Below are positions 27,774-38,700 of a stretch of DNA of 64,000 bases, piece by piece. The notes beneath the pieces are model-generated. The model was given only the letters and a program-made list of their open reading frames with translations, was not told the DNA's origin and ran no database searches. The position numbers and the translations under genes were made by a program. Within the stretch, counting starts at the first letter, position 1, and each line of letters starts with the position of its first letter. Where the stretch lies: assembly GCA_949297145.1 (NCBI GenBank), contig CASFQO010000008.1:46766-110765 (forward strand), written 5' to 3'. This DNA is from an uncultured Alphaproteobacteria bacterium (GTDB lineage: Bacteria; Pseudomonadota; Alphaproteobacteria; RF32; CAG-239).

Positions 27774-28745
27774 ATGTCTGGAATATCTGTGATTGGTGGT
27801 GGACGCTGGGGAACATTTTTGGCGTGGTACGCGGCAAATTGTTGCAAAATGGATGCAGTAAAGCTTTATAGCCACCCTTCTTTAGAATATAAAAAAATGC
27901 AACAAACACGGAAAAATGCATATTTAACCCTGAGTGACAATATGTTGTTGTTTGAGAAATTATCAGATGTTCTGGACAATGATTTTATAATTATCTCCAT
28001 TGGCAGTCAAAATTTAAGAGGATTGGCTCAAGAATTAAATGAATATAATATAGCCGGAAAAACTTTTCTCCTGGCGATGAAAGGTTTAGAAGAACCTGCA
28101 GCAACACTTTTGAGCACGGTCATGGAAGAAGAGATACATCAGCCGATACACATCGCGACGTTAGGAGGCCCCGGACATGTCCAAGATTATGTTAAAGGTG
28201 TCCCATCATGCGCCGTGATAGATAGCAAAGAAGAAGAAGTGAAAGATAGAGCAATTAAAATGCTTCAAAGTGATTTAATCAGATTCTACTATGGTGAAGA
28301 TTTTATCGGTAATCAAATTGGCGCAGCGTTGAAAAATGTAATAGGTATCGCAGCCGGTATCTTGGATGGTTTAGAATGGTATGGCCTAAAAGGGGCTTTA
28401 ATGGCAAGAGCACCGGTAGAAGTTGGTCGCTTTATAAAATATTATGGCGGAAATCCTATGTCAGCTTACGGGTTAGCTCATTTGGGAGATTATGAAGCAA
28501 CTTTGTTTTCACAACATAGTCACAATCGAACCTTTGGTGAAATGTTTGCAAAAGGGGAGAAATTTACCAAATTAGCAGAAGGTTTCTATACATTAAAAGC
28601 TGTAAAAAATATTGCCGATAGAGAAAATATCAATATGCCTATTTGTCAGGCTTTATATCGTGTTGTGTACGAAAATGCGGATATCAAACAAACGATTCGC
28701 TCTATGTTCGATCGTGATTTAAAACACGAATTTGAGCAATTTTAA
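27774..28745 (+). CDS. gpsA: NAD(P)H-dependent glycerol-3-phosphate dehydrogenase
   Basis: N-terminal Rossmann motif ISVIGGGRWGTFLA; conserved GLKGALMARA…LAHLGDY C-terminal region. Confidence 0.88.
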   Translation: MSGISVIGGGRWGTFLAWYAANCCKMDAVKLYSHPSLEYKKMQQTRKNAYLTLSDNMLLFEKLSDVLDNDFIIISIGSQNLRGLAQELNEYNIAGKTFLLAMKGLEEPAATLLSTVMEEEIHQPIHIATLGGPGHVQDYVKGVPSCAVIDSKEEEVKDRAIKMLQSDLIRFYYGEDFIGNQIGAALKNVIGIAAGILDGLEWYGLKGALMARAPVEVGRFIKYYGGNPMSAYGLAHLGDYEATLFSQHSHNRTFGEMFAKGEKFTKLAEGFYTLKAVKNIADRENINMPICQALYRVVYENADIKQTIRSMFDRDLKHEFEQF

Positions 28746-28753
28746 AAGGAATA

Positions 28754-29992
28754 CTAAAAAGATAAAGTAACTTCTTTGACCGTGTTATCTTTAACTTCAA
28801 AAAATTGTGAGATATCCTTAAAAGAAACAAATTCAGATAAATCTGTGGTTGTTAACCATGCTTGCAGTTGTAAATTCTGAATTTTAGCCAAGAAAGCATC
28901 TCTTTTCGCCTCGTCAAGGTGAGCCGCAACTTCATCAAGTAATAAAATAGAAGGCATACCTCTGGAACAAAGTAAAGATTTAGCTTGCGCTAAAATAATA
29001 TTTAAAAGCAATGATTTCTGCTCTCCTGTAGAACATAAGGCTGCAGGAACATTTTTCTTTTTGTAAATAACACATAAGTCAGTTTTATTAAGATTATTGC
29101 CAGCATCATTAAATAATATATTCCGCCGCTGATTAAACAGGGATTCTCTGTAATAATCTTCCACATAAATAGCAGGCTTCTCGTCAAGCATGGTCTCAAT
29201 AGTGCCATCAAGGGTGAGAAGAGCGTCAGGAAAAGTGTCATCTGGATTCTGCTCAATAAAAGTATTAAGTTTTTGAACTTGTTCCCTTCTTGCCGCTGCA
29301 ATAGCAACACCAATTCCAGACATTTGTTCTTCTAAGGCCTCGAGCCAAGAAGTATTAATGTTACCACTTTTCAGAATTTGCAACCACTGCCGATAAAGAT
29401 TATCATAAGCGGAGATTCTTCTGGCATGTTCTACATCAAAAGCATATACGATTCTATCAAGAAAACTCCGGCGTAACTGAGCGCCCCCCTGAAAGAGCCT
29501 ATCCATCTGAGGTGTGACCCAAATAATAGAAAGATAATTGCCTAATTCATTTTGGGAAGAAAGTTTTTGATTATTGATTTGAACAATACGACGTTCAACT
29601 TCTTTTGTTTCATTGTAATCAAATTCTTTGAGGACACTTTCAACGGCGGTACCAATATTAAATTCTTCACCAAATTTTTCAACTTGAGCAGAAACGGCCC
29701 ACCCGCTATTATTGATAAAAACTGGGGAAGATTGTTGCTTAGCTAAAAAATCAAAAGTCTTAACTTCAGCGAGTTTTGCATTACGTAAACCTCTTCCTTG
29801 AGATAAAAAAGAAACTGCTTCAAGCACGTTAGTCTTGCCGCTACCGTTTTCTCCACCAAACACAATAAAAGGCTTATGCAGATTAAGACGCAAATATTTA
29901 TAGTTCCGAAAATTAACTAAGGTCAGGCGCCTTACGGCAGACCTAACCTTAGCATCATCAATGATAGAACTACTAAAAGCTACAGCACTCAC
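28754..29992 (-). CDS. recF: DNA replication and repair protein RecF
   Basis: Walker A GENGSGKTNVLEA; ABC-type signature; dnaA-dnaN-recF synteny. Confidence 0.9.
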   Translation of the reverse strand: MSAVAFSSSIIDDAKVRSAVRRLTLVNFRNYKYLRLNLHKPFIVFGGENGSGKTNVLEAVSFLSQGRGLRNAKLAEVKTFDFLAKQQSSPVFINNSGWAVSAQVEKFGEEFNIGTAVESVLKEFDYNETKEVERRIVQINNQKLSSQNELGNYLSIIWVTPQMDRLFQGGAQLRRSFLDRIVYAFDVEHARRISAYDNLYRQWLQILKSGNINTSWLEALEEQMSGIGVAIAAARREQVQKLNTFIEQNPDDTFPDALLTLDGTIETMLDEKPAIYVEDYYRESLFNQRRNILFNDAGNNLNKTDLCVIYKKKNVPAALCSTGEQKSLLLNIILAQAKSLLCSRGMPSILLLDEVAAHLDEAKRDAFLAKIQNLQLQAWLTTTDLSEFVSFKDISQFFEVKDNTVKEVTLSF

Positions 29993-31111
29993 TTAGATTC
30001 TCATTGGCATCAAAACATAAATAGCACTGTTATCAGAAGTGTCGTTAATTACCGTAGCAGCCGCACTGCCAGATAAACTAAAGCGTACTTCTTCACCTTT
30101 AATTTGAGCTAAAATATCCAACAAATAACGGAAGTTATATCCTGTATCTATCGGTTCCTTGTCATATTTTGCTTCTAATTCTTCTGTTGCATTACCAAGT
30201 TCTGCATTAGAAGCAGCAATTGTAACACGATTTGTATCTGTAATCATACGAATACCGCGGCTTCTTTCTGTAACAACGGAAACACGATCGACAGCAGCAG
30301 CTAGTTCTTTAACATTAACCTCTAAAATTTTATCATTATCGGTCGGAATAACTCTTTCATAATCAGGAAAAGTACCGTCAATAAGTTTAGAAGTCAAAGT
30401 GATGTCTTCAAACGAAATGCGAACTTTGTTTTCGGATAAGGCCATAGAAACCGTTTCAGTTGATGCATCATCAAGTAATTTTCTGATTTCAAGAACAGAC
30501 TTTCTCGGAATAATAACACCTTCCAACTTTTCAGCTCCCTCAGGAAGAGGAGATTCGGCGCAAGCTAATCTATGCCCATCTGTTGCAACAACACGCAAAA
30601 CTTTGGTATCACCTTCATTCTTAGCATGAACATAAAGACCGTTCAAATAATAACGAGCTTCTTCAACAGATGCTGAAAATTGTGTGCGATCAATAAGAGT
30701 CTTTAATTCATCTCTGCTAATATCAAAATTAACCGGTAAATCATCGCCTGAAATAATTGGAAAATCTTCAACCCCAATTGTTGATAAAGAAAACTTAGAA
30801 CGACCGGAAGAAATACTTAAAGCATTTTTTTCATCAGGATATGTAATTTCAACATCAGAACCATCAGACAGTTTTCTGACAATGTCATAAAGCATATGTG
30901 CCGGAGCTGTTGTTGCACCTGGTTCAATAACTTGAGCTTCAACGATTTCGGTTATTTCAATATCCATATCCGTTGCTTTAAAATTGATGCAAGAGTCTTT
31001 AGCTTCGATTCTGACATTAGATAAAACCGGAATGGTGTTTCTCTTCTCAACGATGCTCTGAACATGGCTGAGAGTCTTTAATAGATGTGCGCGTTCAATT
31101 GTAAATTTCAT
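29993..31111 (-). CDS. dnaN: DNA polymerase III beta sliding clamp. Start placed at the internal MKFTIERAHL; the upstream in-frame 20 codons are a likely ORF-caller over-extension.
   Basis: Three-domain clamp; typical N-terminus MKFTIER…; C-terminal …MPMRI. Confidence 0.9.
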   Translation of the reverse strand: MKFTIERAHLLKTLSHVQSIVEKRNTIPVLSNVRIEAKDSCINFKATDMDIEITEIVEAQVIEPGATTAPAHMLYDIVRKLSDGSDVEITYPDEKNALSISSGRSKFSLSTIGVEDFPIISGDDLPVNFDISRDELKTLIDRTQFSASVEEARYYLNGLYVHAKNEGDTKVLRVVATDGHRLACAESPLPEGAEKLEGVIIPRKSVLEIRKLLDDASTETVSMALSENKVRISFEDITLTSKLIDGTFPDYERVIPTDNDKILEVNVKELAAAVDRVSVVTERSRGIRMITDTNRVTIAASNAELGNATEELEAKYDKEPIDTGYNFRYLLDILAQIKGEEVRFSLSGSAAATVINDTSDNSAIYVLMPMRI

Positions 31112-31218
31112 TATCTTTATCCTAAAAAAAGACTTATTTTTATCTTTCCACACTGTATCACAAATCAACAAAAGCAGAAGTCAAAAAATAAGTCTTCAAC
31201 AAGTTTTTTTATATAGTT

Positions 31219-32679
31219 TTAATTTTCAAGCGTTCTTCTTAAAATTTCAATATTTTCAGCTAAAGACTGATCTTCAAGAATCAGTTCTTCAACTTTTCTG
31301 ACCGCATGCATAACAGTTGTATGATCTCTATCAAATTTACGGCCGATTTCCGGCAAAGAACGAGAGGTCAATTGCTTAGCAAGATACATGGCAATCTGTC
31401 TTGGTCTTGCAACTGTTCTAGCTCTGCGAGAAGACTGAAGTTCTTTAACGGAGATATTAAAGTGTTCAGCAACTTTTTTCTGAATTTCATCAATGGTTGT
31501 TTTTCTGTCAATAGAACGCAACATATCCTTAAGAACATCTTGTGTCATATCAAGAGTAATTTCTTTGCCTGACAAAAGCTGAGAATGTGCCGCAACTCTC
31601 TTTAAAGAACCTTCCAATTCGCGGACGTTTGAAGTAATTTTCTGAGCCAAGAATTCAGCAACTTTTTGAGGCAATTCAATTCCCATTAATTCAGCTTTTT
31701 TCTGTAAGATGCCCATTCTTAATTCAAAATTCGTCGGCATAATGTCAACAACCAAACCACCAACCAAACGAGATTTTAAGCGCTCTTCGATTCCTTCCAA
31801 ATCTGTTGGAGATTTGTCGGCTGAAATAATAACTTGTTTGCCTTCCTCAACCAATGAACTGAATGTGTGGAAGAATTCTTCTTGAGTCGTACCTTTGTTA
31901 CCCATAAACTGGAAGTCATCAACCATTAACACGTCAACAGAGCGAAATTGTTCTTTAAATGCTGCAGTATCTTTGTAACGAAGCGCCTTAACAAATTTAT
32001 AAACAAATTGCTCAGCTGTAAGATAGATAACATTACGGGTCGGATCATTCTTTTTGATGTGCCAAATAATGGAATGCATCAAGTGAGTCTTTCCTAATCC
32101 AACACTGGAATATAGGAACAGTGGGTTGAATGATACATTTTTAGATTCTGCAACTTTACGAGCAGCGGCATAAGCAAATTCATTTGTCTTACCAACAACA
32201 AAGTTTTCAAAAGTGTAGTTCGGATTTAAAGGTGTTCCGTTAGTGATATTGTTGTTTGAGCTGTCGTTAGCAAGACTTGATCCGGCAACCAAACCAAATG
32301 AACTGCTGTTTATATTACATCCATAAATATTTTGAGGTGTTGGTGAAGATGAAATCTTTTTCAAAAGAGATGTATCAACGCTACGTCTATCACCAAACCC
32401 TGTTTGAACAACAAAATTAATCTTCTTAACATCTGGATTCTGTTGCTCCCAAATTTTATTGATTCTGTCTGAATAGTGAGTAACAACCCAGTTTTTCATA
32501 AAAGCGGTCGGTGCGCATATATTCATAACTCCGTCTTTGAAGTCACCGACTGTAAGCGGTTTTAACCAACTGTCAAACGCAGTTTCCCCAAACTCCATTT
32601 TCAGTTGGTTGCAAATTTGGCTCCATTGTGTATCAATAGAACGTCCTTCACTTACAAATGCTTCTTCTGCCATATCCAT
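31219..32679 (-). CDS. dnaA: Chromosomal replication initiator DnaA
   Basis: AAA+ Walker A GSVGLGKTHLMHSI; C-terminal DNA-binding signature …FDRDHTTVMHA. Confidence 0.93.
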   Translation of the reverse strand: MDMAEEAFVSEGRSIDTQWSQICNQLKMEFGETAFDSWLKPLTVGDFKDGVMNICAPTAFMKNWVVTHYSDRINKIWEQQNPDVKKINFVVQTGFGDRRSVDTSLLKKISSSPTPQNIYGCNINSSSFGLVAGSSLANDSSNNNITNGTPLNPNYTFENFVVGKTNEFAYAAARKVAESKNVSFNPLFLYSSVGLGKTHLMHSIIWHIKKNDPTRNVIYLTAEQFVYKFVKALRYKDTAAFKEQFRSVDVLMVDDFQFMGNKGTTQEEFFHTFSSLVEEGKQVIISADKSPTDLEGIEERLKSRLVGGLVVDIMPTNFELRMGILQKKAELMGIELPQKVAEFLAQKITSNVRELEGSLKRVAAHSQLLSGKEITLDMTQDVLKDMLRSIDRKTTIDEIQKKVAEHFNISVKELQSSRRARTVARPRQIAMYLAKQLTSRSLPEIGRKFDRDHTTVMHAVRKVEELILEDQSLAENIEILRRTLEN

Positions 32680-33396
32680 CTCCCACAGTTAGATATTTAA
32701 ACATAAATACATAGTTGTTTGTTTTTTATTTCCCGAAACATCGGATGGCTCATAATACTTTTTACAATCAAAATTACAAACTTAAAACAACCCCTCATAA
32801 AACAAACTTTTGAATGAAGTTTTAAAAGTCTTGCACTGCATTTAAAAGTACCATCGCCATAATAATCATAAAAATAAGGTTATACTTTAAAAAATTTAAA
32901 ACAAACCATAGTAAATTCCAAGCGTAATTTACCCTAGCAATATAACATTGCATCACTAATTATTTTATAAGCAAGCCTTCCCCCGTAACGAAATCCTCCT
33001 AATGTTGGATGAGATACTCCTTAACAAAACTAATCAATAAAAACTAATCTGCTAATGCGTGCGTCCAACAAAGCTCAGCTCAATAAAATAATACAAGTGC
33101 TATCATCAGAGAAATATATAGAATTTTTTTATTACAAAGTCTGTTGGTTATATTTAGTAAAGCCACTCACACTTCAATTATAAAGTACAACTCTGTGCCT
33201 CTCATCTCATAACATGAAAAGACCTTATGCTATAAAAAAGTAAAAAACAACACATTATTTTAAGAATTTTTAAATAAAAGCGCTTGACAAAGATTCTAAA
33301 AGTGATTCGGAATAAGTGTTTGAAAAATAAACAAAAAAGCGCAAACAACTCTCTAACAACAAGAGGTGTTTGCGCTTTATGAAAAATCAAGAAAAA
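32680..33396. promoter_or_regulatory. 717-bp AT-rich non-coding region between rpsT and dnaA; candidate dnaA promoter / replication-control region
   Basis: No ORF of significant size; rpsT-dnaA adjacency is conserved in alphaproteobacteria; no canonical TTATCCACA boxes found by eye. Confidence 0.3.
33337..33383 (-). terminator. Rho-independent terminator of rpsT
   Basis: Perfect 12-bp stem AAAGCGCAAACA / TGTTTGCGCTTT with an 11-nt loop, followed on the minus strand by a T-rich run. Confidence 0.7.
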
Positions 33397-33657
33397 TTAT
33401 AAAGCTTTAACTTTTTGAGAAAGACGAGAAATTGTTCTGGAAGCTTTATTCTTATGGAATACACCTTTTTGAGCAGCTCTCATCATTTCGCTTTCAGCAA
33501 CTTTCAAAGCAGCAGCAGCTGATTCTTTATCACCAGCCAAAACAGCAGCAATAACTTTCTTTACAAAAGTTCTAACTCTGCTTCTGCGTGCACCGTTAAT
33601 GATGCTTCTTTTATTGTTTCTGTTTATTCTTGTTTTTGCCGATTTATGATTGGCCAT
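33397..33657 (-). CDS. rpsT: 30S ribosomal protein S20
   Basis: MANHKSAKTRINRNNKRSIINGARRSRVRTFVKKV… characteristic S20 N-terminus. Confidence 0.92.
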   Translation of the reverse strand: MANHKSAKTRINRNNKRSIINGARRSRVRTFVKKVIAAVLAGDKESAAAALKVAESEMMRAAQKGVFHKNKASRTISRLSQKVKAL

Positions 33658-33760
33658 ATTTTTTATCCTGTCAAAATTAAGTTAAACACAAATAAAATTC
33701 TGACACACTTATACTCTATAATCTGTGATAGTCAACAAATTTTTTCAAAAATCATTAAAT

Positions 33761-34132
33761 TTAGTTCTTGTTTTTTAAGCTAATACTGATTTTTAGAGGA
33801 TTTGAAGAAATTTTATTGATTTCTAGAATGTCATTTTCTCTAGAGAATTTCAAAAAGGTTGCAGAGGATTCTTGTAATACCCATCCAAGTTGAGGCAGAG
33901 TCTTGATGTAAAAATCTTTTATATGCTGAAAGTTCTTTTTTCTGACCGCCACTAACTGTGCTTCAAGATAGCGAGTTTCTTCGTTGCCAAACGCAACATC
34001 ATCAGCTTCAATTTGCTTTAAGCCTTCCATAAGAGGAATATCTTCAAATCCGGCCACAAAGTCTCTTCCATAAGAATTAAAAGAAAAACACATGATAACT
34101 AAAGACAAAAATGTATAAACAATTTTTTTCAT
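33761..34132 (-). CDS. Small secreted hypothetical protein (approx 123 aa). Start placed at the internal MKKIVYTFLSLVIMCFSFNSYG; the longer ORF in the track overlaps mutM.
   Basis: Signal peptide at the internal Met; avoids a 250-nt overlap with the mutM 3' end. Confidence 0.45.
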   Translation of the reverse strand: MKKIVYTFLSLVIMCFSFNSYGRDFVAGFEDIPLMEGLKQIEADDVAFGNEETRYLEAQLVAVRKKNFQHIKDFYIKTLPQLGWVLQESSATFLKFSRENDILEINKISSNPLKISISLKNKN

Positions 34133-34142
34133 TTTCGATTCC

Positions 34143-34991
34143 TCATTTTTGTAAGTGGTTGCAATAAAAAGTAGAACGTCCGGCCTGGATAATTTTTTGT
34201 ATGCCGCCGGTTTTGCAAATATCACATTGACAATCAGGGCAAGAGCTCCCCTCTTTGCCATACACGGCATGTTGAAATTGAAAATATCCCATACTTCCAT
34301 CTGGTTGCCGATAATCTTTAAGAGTCGAGCCTCCGGCAAGTATTGCTTTTTGTAGAATGGTTTTAACGGCTTCAATGAGAATTTGACATTCATGCAAAGA
34401 AATATCTTTGCAGAGTCTTAATGGTGAGATACGCGCTAAATACAAAGCCTCCGATGCATAAATATTTCCGATTCCACAGATAATGGATTGGTCTAATAAA
34501 GCGACTTTAATCGGAATATGCTTATCTTTTAATTTAGAAAAGAGGTATTGTTTGTTTAAGCGCTCATCAAAAGGATCGATTCCCAATTTTGCAAAAAGTG
34601 TTGATGCATAGAGTTCGTCCGTTTTAAGATAAGTCATTAAACCAAAACGCCGCGCATCATTAAAAACTAAGGTGCATTTATTTGTATAGATAATCACATG
34701 ATCATGCTTTTCTCGCGTAAAGCTCTCTAATTTATCCCGAGAAATGATACGAACTCTGCCGCTCATTCCAAAGTGCCACACAATGCTCAGCCCATTATCC
34801 AAATCTATGATAACATATTTAGCGATGCGCCGAAGATATTTGACAGTAGCGCCGGTGATTTTTTTTGCAAAATCATCAGGGATAAGAACACGAAAGCGCC
34901 TCTCTGTAATCGATACAGATTGTATAGCGGCTCCGTTCACGGCTCTGTTTAGGGCTTCTTTAATGGTTTCTACTTCAGGAAGTTCTGGCAT
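34143..34991 (-). CDS. mutM: Formamidopyrimidine-DNA glycosylase (Fpg/MutM)
   Basis: N-terminal MPELPEVE catalytic Pro/Glu; H2TH; C-terminal zinc finger CPDCQCDICKTGGIQKIIQAGRSTFYC. Confidence 0.92.
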   Translation of the reverse strand: MPELPEVETIKEALNRAVNGAAIQSVSITERRFRVLIPDDFAKKITGATVKYLRRIAKYVIIDLDNGLSIVWHFGMSGRVRIISRDKLESFTREKHDHVIIYTNKCTLVFNDARRFGLMTYLKTDELYASTLFAKLGIDPFDERLNKQYLFSKLKDKHIPIKVALLDQSIICGIGNIYASEALYLARISPLRLCKDISLHECQILIEAVKTILQKAILAGGSTLKDYRQPDGSMGYFQFQHAVYGKEGSSCPDCQCDICKTGGIQKIIQAGRSTFYCNHLQK

Positions 34992-35149
34992 AATATCCTC
35001 ATAAAATTACATAACCAAGATAAATCCAAAAAAAACGTATGCGAGCACAAACTTTTGTTTATACACTAACTTTTTTATTTTTTTATGTTTGACTGGAAGA
35101 GAAGTTTATACTAATATCCCAAAGATTCTAATCAAGAAAGGATAAAAAC

Positions 35150-35707
35150 GTGATAAAAGGGGCCACAACAAGGAAAAGAACGCGAAAATATTTTGCACCG
35201 CAAAATGAAGGTGTAAAACATAAATGCGATCATCCCGGATGTAATAAAGAAGGAGAATTTAAAGCCCCTAAAGACAGAACGTTAAAAGACTATTATTGGT
35301 TCTGCTTGGAGCATGTTCAGGAATATAATGCCAAATGGAATTATTATATGGATGATGAAGCTTCAGCAGAACAAGAAACTTTTAAGAAAAGAACAAAGTT
35401 CAGCGGATTTCACTCAAAAATAAAATACAAATTTGGCTGTGATTTAGATGAAGAGCTGGAATTTTTACATGGATTCTCCGGATATGACAAAGTAACGGAT
35501 AACGTTTACTTCAGCCAAGAAGATAGAAAAGAGATGGAGCATTTGGAATTATCTTCGGAAGATTTCAATATCGAGAACTTAAAAAAACAATATAAGAAAT
35601 TAGCCAAAACTTGCCATCCGGACTTAAATCCAGACGACAAAGATGCCGAAGAAAAGTTTAAACGTTTAACGGCTGCATATAAAAAACTCTTAGAAAAATT
35701 GTCATAA
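35150..35707 (+). CDS. J-domain protein with an N-terminal Cys/His (C-x-H-x2-C … C-x2-H) putative zinc-binding motif
   Basis: C-terminal J domain with HPD (…[31 protein letters not shown]). Confidence 0.7.
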   Translation: MIKGATTRKRTRKYFAPQNEGVKHKCDHPGCNKEGEFKAPKDRTLKDYYWFCLEHVQEYNAKWNYYMDDEASAEQETFKKRTKFSGFHSKIKYKFGCDLDEELEFLHGFSGYDKVTDNVYFSQEDRKEMEHLELSSEDFNIENLKKQYKKLAKTCHPDLNPDDKDAEEKFKRLTAAYKKLLEKLS

Positions 35708-35716
35708 GGGGCTTAC

Positions 35717-38700
35717 TCAAAGAGAAAGCTCATACAATTTAGAAACATATTTTTTAATAATGTCTAATCGTGTTTTATAAGAGGTTAAATCTCGTTCAAT
35801 AAATAGTTTCTGGTCAGGACGAATTTTAATGGCGCCCAGTTGTTTGGTAACAAAATCCATAAGTTTGTCAACATTCTTAAACGTATTATTATGAAAAGCA
35901 ATCAAAATACCTCGGGCTCCTGCTTCAATGCGTTCAATTCCCGTGAGCCAGCATATTTGTTTAATTTCTACCGTCTTAAGCAAATTTTCAACTTCTTCAG
36001 GAATAGGCCCAAAGCGATCAATCAATTCTTCTCTCATATCACTGATTTCTTCAACGGTTTTAAGTGAGCCTATGCGCTTATAAAGTCCCAAACGAACACC
36101 AAGATCTGCAACATATTTTTCTGGAATAATAATCGGAACACCCGTCAAAATCTGAACCGACCAATCAGAAGAAGCAGCAGTAATTTGATGTTCATCGCCG
36201 GATTGACGTGCTTTAATACGGTTGATTTCTTCTTCTAACAAATGATGATACAGCGCAATACCGACATCTTTGATATGACCGGATTGTTCCACACCTAAAA
36301 TATTTCCGGCCCCGCGAATATCCAGGTCATGATTAGCCAAAGAAAAACCGGCACCCAATTGGTTTAGCGCCTGTAAAATATTTAACCTCTTTTCAGCAAC
36401 AGGAGTTAAGACTTTTTGGTTCGGAATGGTAAAATAGCAATAGCCGCGAAGTTTAGAGCGTCCGATTCTCCCACGTAGTTGATATAATTGCGCCAAGCCA
36501 AACATATCGGCGCGATAAATAATCATTGTATTAACTTTAGGCAAGTCAATACCGGATTCTATAATTGTAGTAGAGAGTAAAATATCTGCCTTACCATCGG
36601 CAAAGTCACACATCACATCTTCAAGGTGTGTAGGAGACATTTGTCCATGAGCCACAGCAATTTTAACATCAGGAACCAACTCTTTTAATTTGGGTTCAAT
36701 TTGTAAAATATCAGAAACTCTGGGGCATACAAAGAAAATCTGCCCGCCACGATATTTTTCGCGATAAATAGCCTCTTTAATCATCACTCTGTCAAAAGGC
36801 ATGACAAACGTACGCGCTGCCAATCTGTCAACCGGAGGTGTCGCGATAATACTAAGCTGCTTAACGCCGGTTAGAGAAAGTTGTAATGTTCTGGGGATTG
36901 GTGTAGCGCTGAGTGTCAGAATATGCACATCCGACTTCAAATGTTTTAATCTCTCCTTGTGAGCAACCCCAAAATGTTGTTCCTCATCAATAATCAATAG
37001 TCCTAAATTACAAAATTCAATATCTTTAGCAAGCAAGGCGTGTGTTCCGATAACAATCTCCAAACTGCCGTCTTTAAGCTCTTGTTTAATCTCTCGTGCC
37101 TCTTTTGGGGTAACGAGTCTTGATAACATTTTAACTTTAACCGGAAATCCCTGTAAGCGTTCTTTAAAGTTCAGATAATGCTGTCTTGCTAATAGCGTCG
37201 TTGGAACAATAAGGGCAACTTGCGCGCCACAAGTAGCCACGGTAAAAGCGGCTCGCAAAGCAACTTCGGTTTTACCAAAACCAACATCACCGCAAATTAA
37301 CCGATCCATCGGAACGCCCAAAGATAAATCTTTTAAAACATCATTGACGGCATTCAGTTGATCATCTGTTTCGGTATACAAAAAACGGCTGCAAAATTCG
37401 TCATATAAACCACGTTCAGGAACGAAAATTTCAGCTTTTTTCATTTGTCTTTGCGCAGCAATTTGAATAAGCTTTTCAGCAATATCTTTAATTTTCTCTT
37501 TAACACGAGATTTTTTGGCTTCCCAGGCTGAGCCGCCCAAAACATCTAGTGTAACATTACTGTCTTCCGCGCCATATCGGCTGATAACGTCAATATTTTC
37601 AACAGGAACATAGAGTTTATCATTGTTCGCATAAATAAGTTTCAAACAATCATGGGCAACCCCATCGGTTACAATATTTTCCAATCCCTCAAAGCGCCCG
37701 ATACCATGTTCGATGTGAACCACATATTCCCCAACGTTAAGAGAAGAAATATCTGAGATCAGATTCTCTGCCGAAACTTTTTTATGCGAGCGAATATTTT
37801 TACGTTCGCCCCAAATATCCTGTTCGGTAACAATAAAGAAGTCGTCGTTGATGAAACCATGCTGAAGTTCAAGGACAATAAGAACGATTTTACCTTTTTC
37901 AGCATTCTTAAGAGCATCTTTCCAATTCTCGGTAATAATAAGATTCTTAAATTTGTTCTCCTTAAGGAGATTAAACATACGGTCCAAAGAACCCTGAGTA
38001 TAGCAACAAATAATTTTTTTCTTAGATTTGTTTAGCTGGCACTCTTGCGCTAAATCTTCGTACACGGTCAGATTGCTGATATTTTTAAGTGAAGCGAAAA
38101 TTTTTTGCGGAACAGAACCATAATTGATGTTGTCTTTAGCTTCCGGCAAAGCAAGTTTAGAAAGTTTCACATAAGAACGAGAATGAATAAGGTCAGTAAC
38201 CGCCTGAGTATTAAGATAAAGCAGGTTAGAATCAATCGGCCGATATTTATCAACTTCTGAAACATCCCGAATTTTTAGGGCTTCCAACCGTGCATCATAG
38301 TGGTCGGCAATAGTTTCTTCTTTGGCTTTAAGAGCATTATCGCAGTCAATTCCCAAAATAACATCGGCACCGGGCATATAATCAAATAAAGAAGGAAGCC
38401 CTTCTTCATAAAAGAAAGGCAGCCAGTTTTCCATACCCAAATATTTTTTACCTTCAGAAATACTGGCATACAATTCATCTTTAAGCCCCTCAGCGCCAAA
38501 AGCCTCACGATATTTAGAACGAAAAGTTTTAATGGTATTTTTATCTAAAACAACTTCGTTGGCGCTATCAAAACTATAAAATTTTAAATCTTCGGTACTG
38601 CGTTGCGTTTCCACATCAAAAAGTCTAAGCCGCTCCACTTCATCATCAAACAAATCAATACGAAGAGGCTGCTCCGCCCCACTTGGAAAAATATCAATAA

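Noticed and set aside
29993-31171. Long N-terminal extension of dnaN (MLICDTVWKDKNKSFFRIKI…)
   Set aside because: The canonical clamp N-terminus MKFTIERA begins at the internal Met (start 31111); the extension is an ORF-caller artifact.
31306-31572. 88-aa + strand ORF inside dnaA and similar short ORFs inside yidC, recF, dnaN, mfd, recG, ptsP, prfA
   Set aside because: They are fully embedded antisense or out-of-frame within well-supported conserved genes, with no RBS and low-complexity composition.
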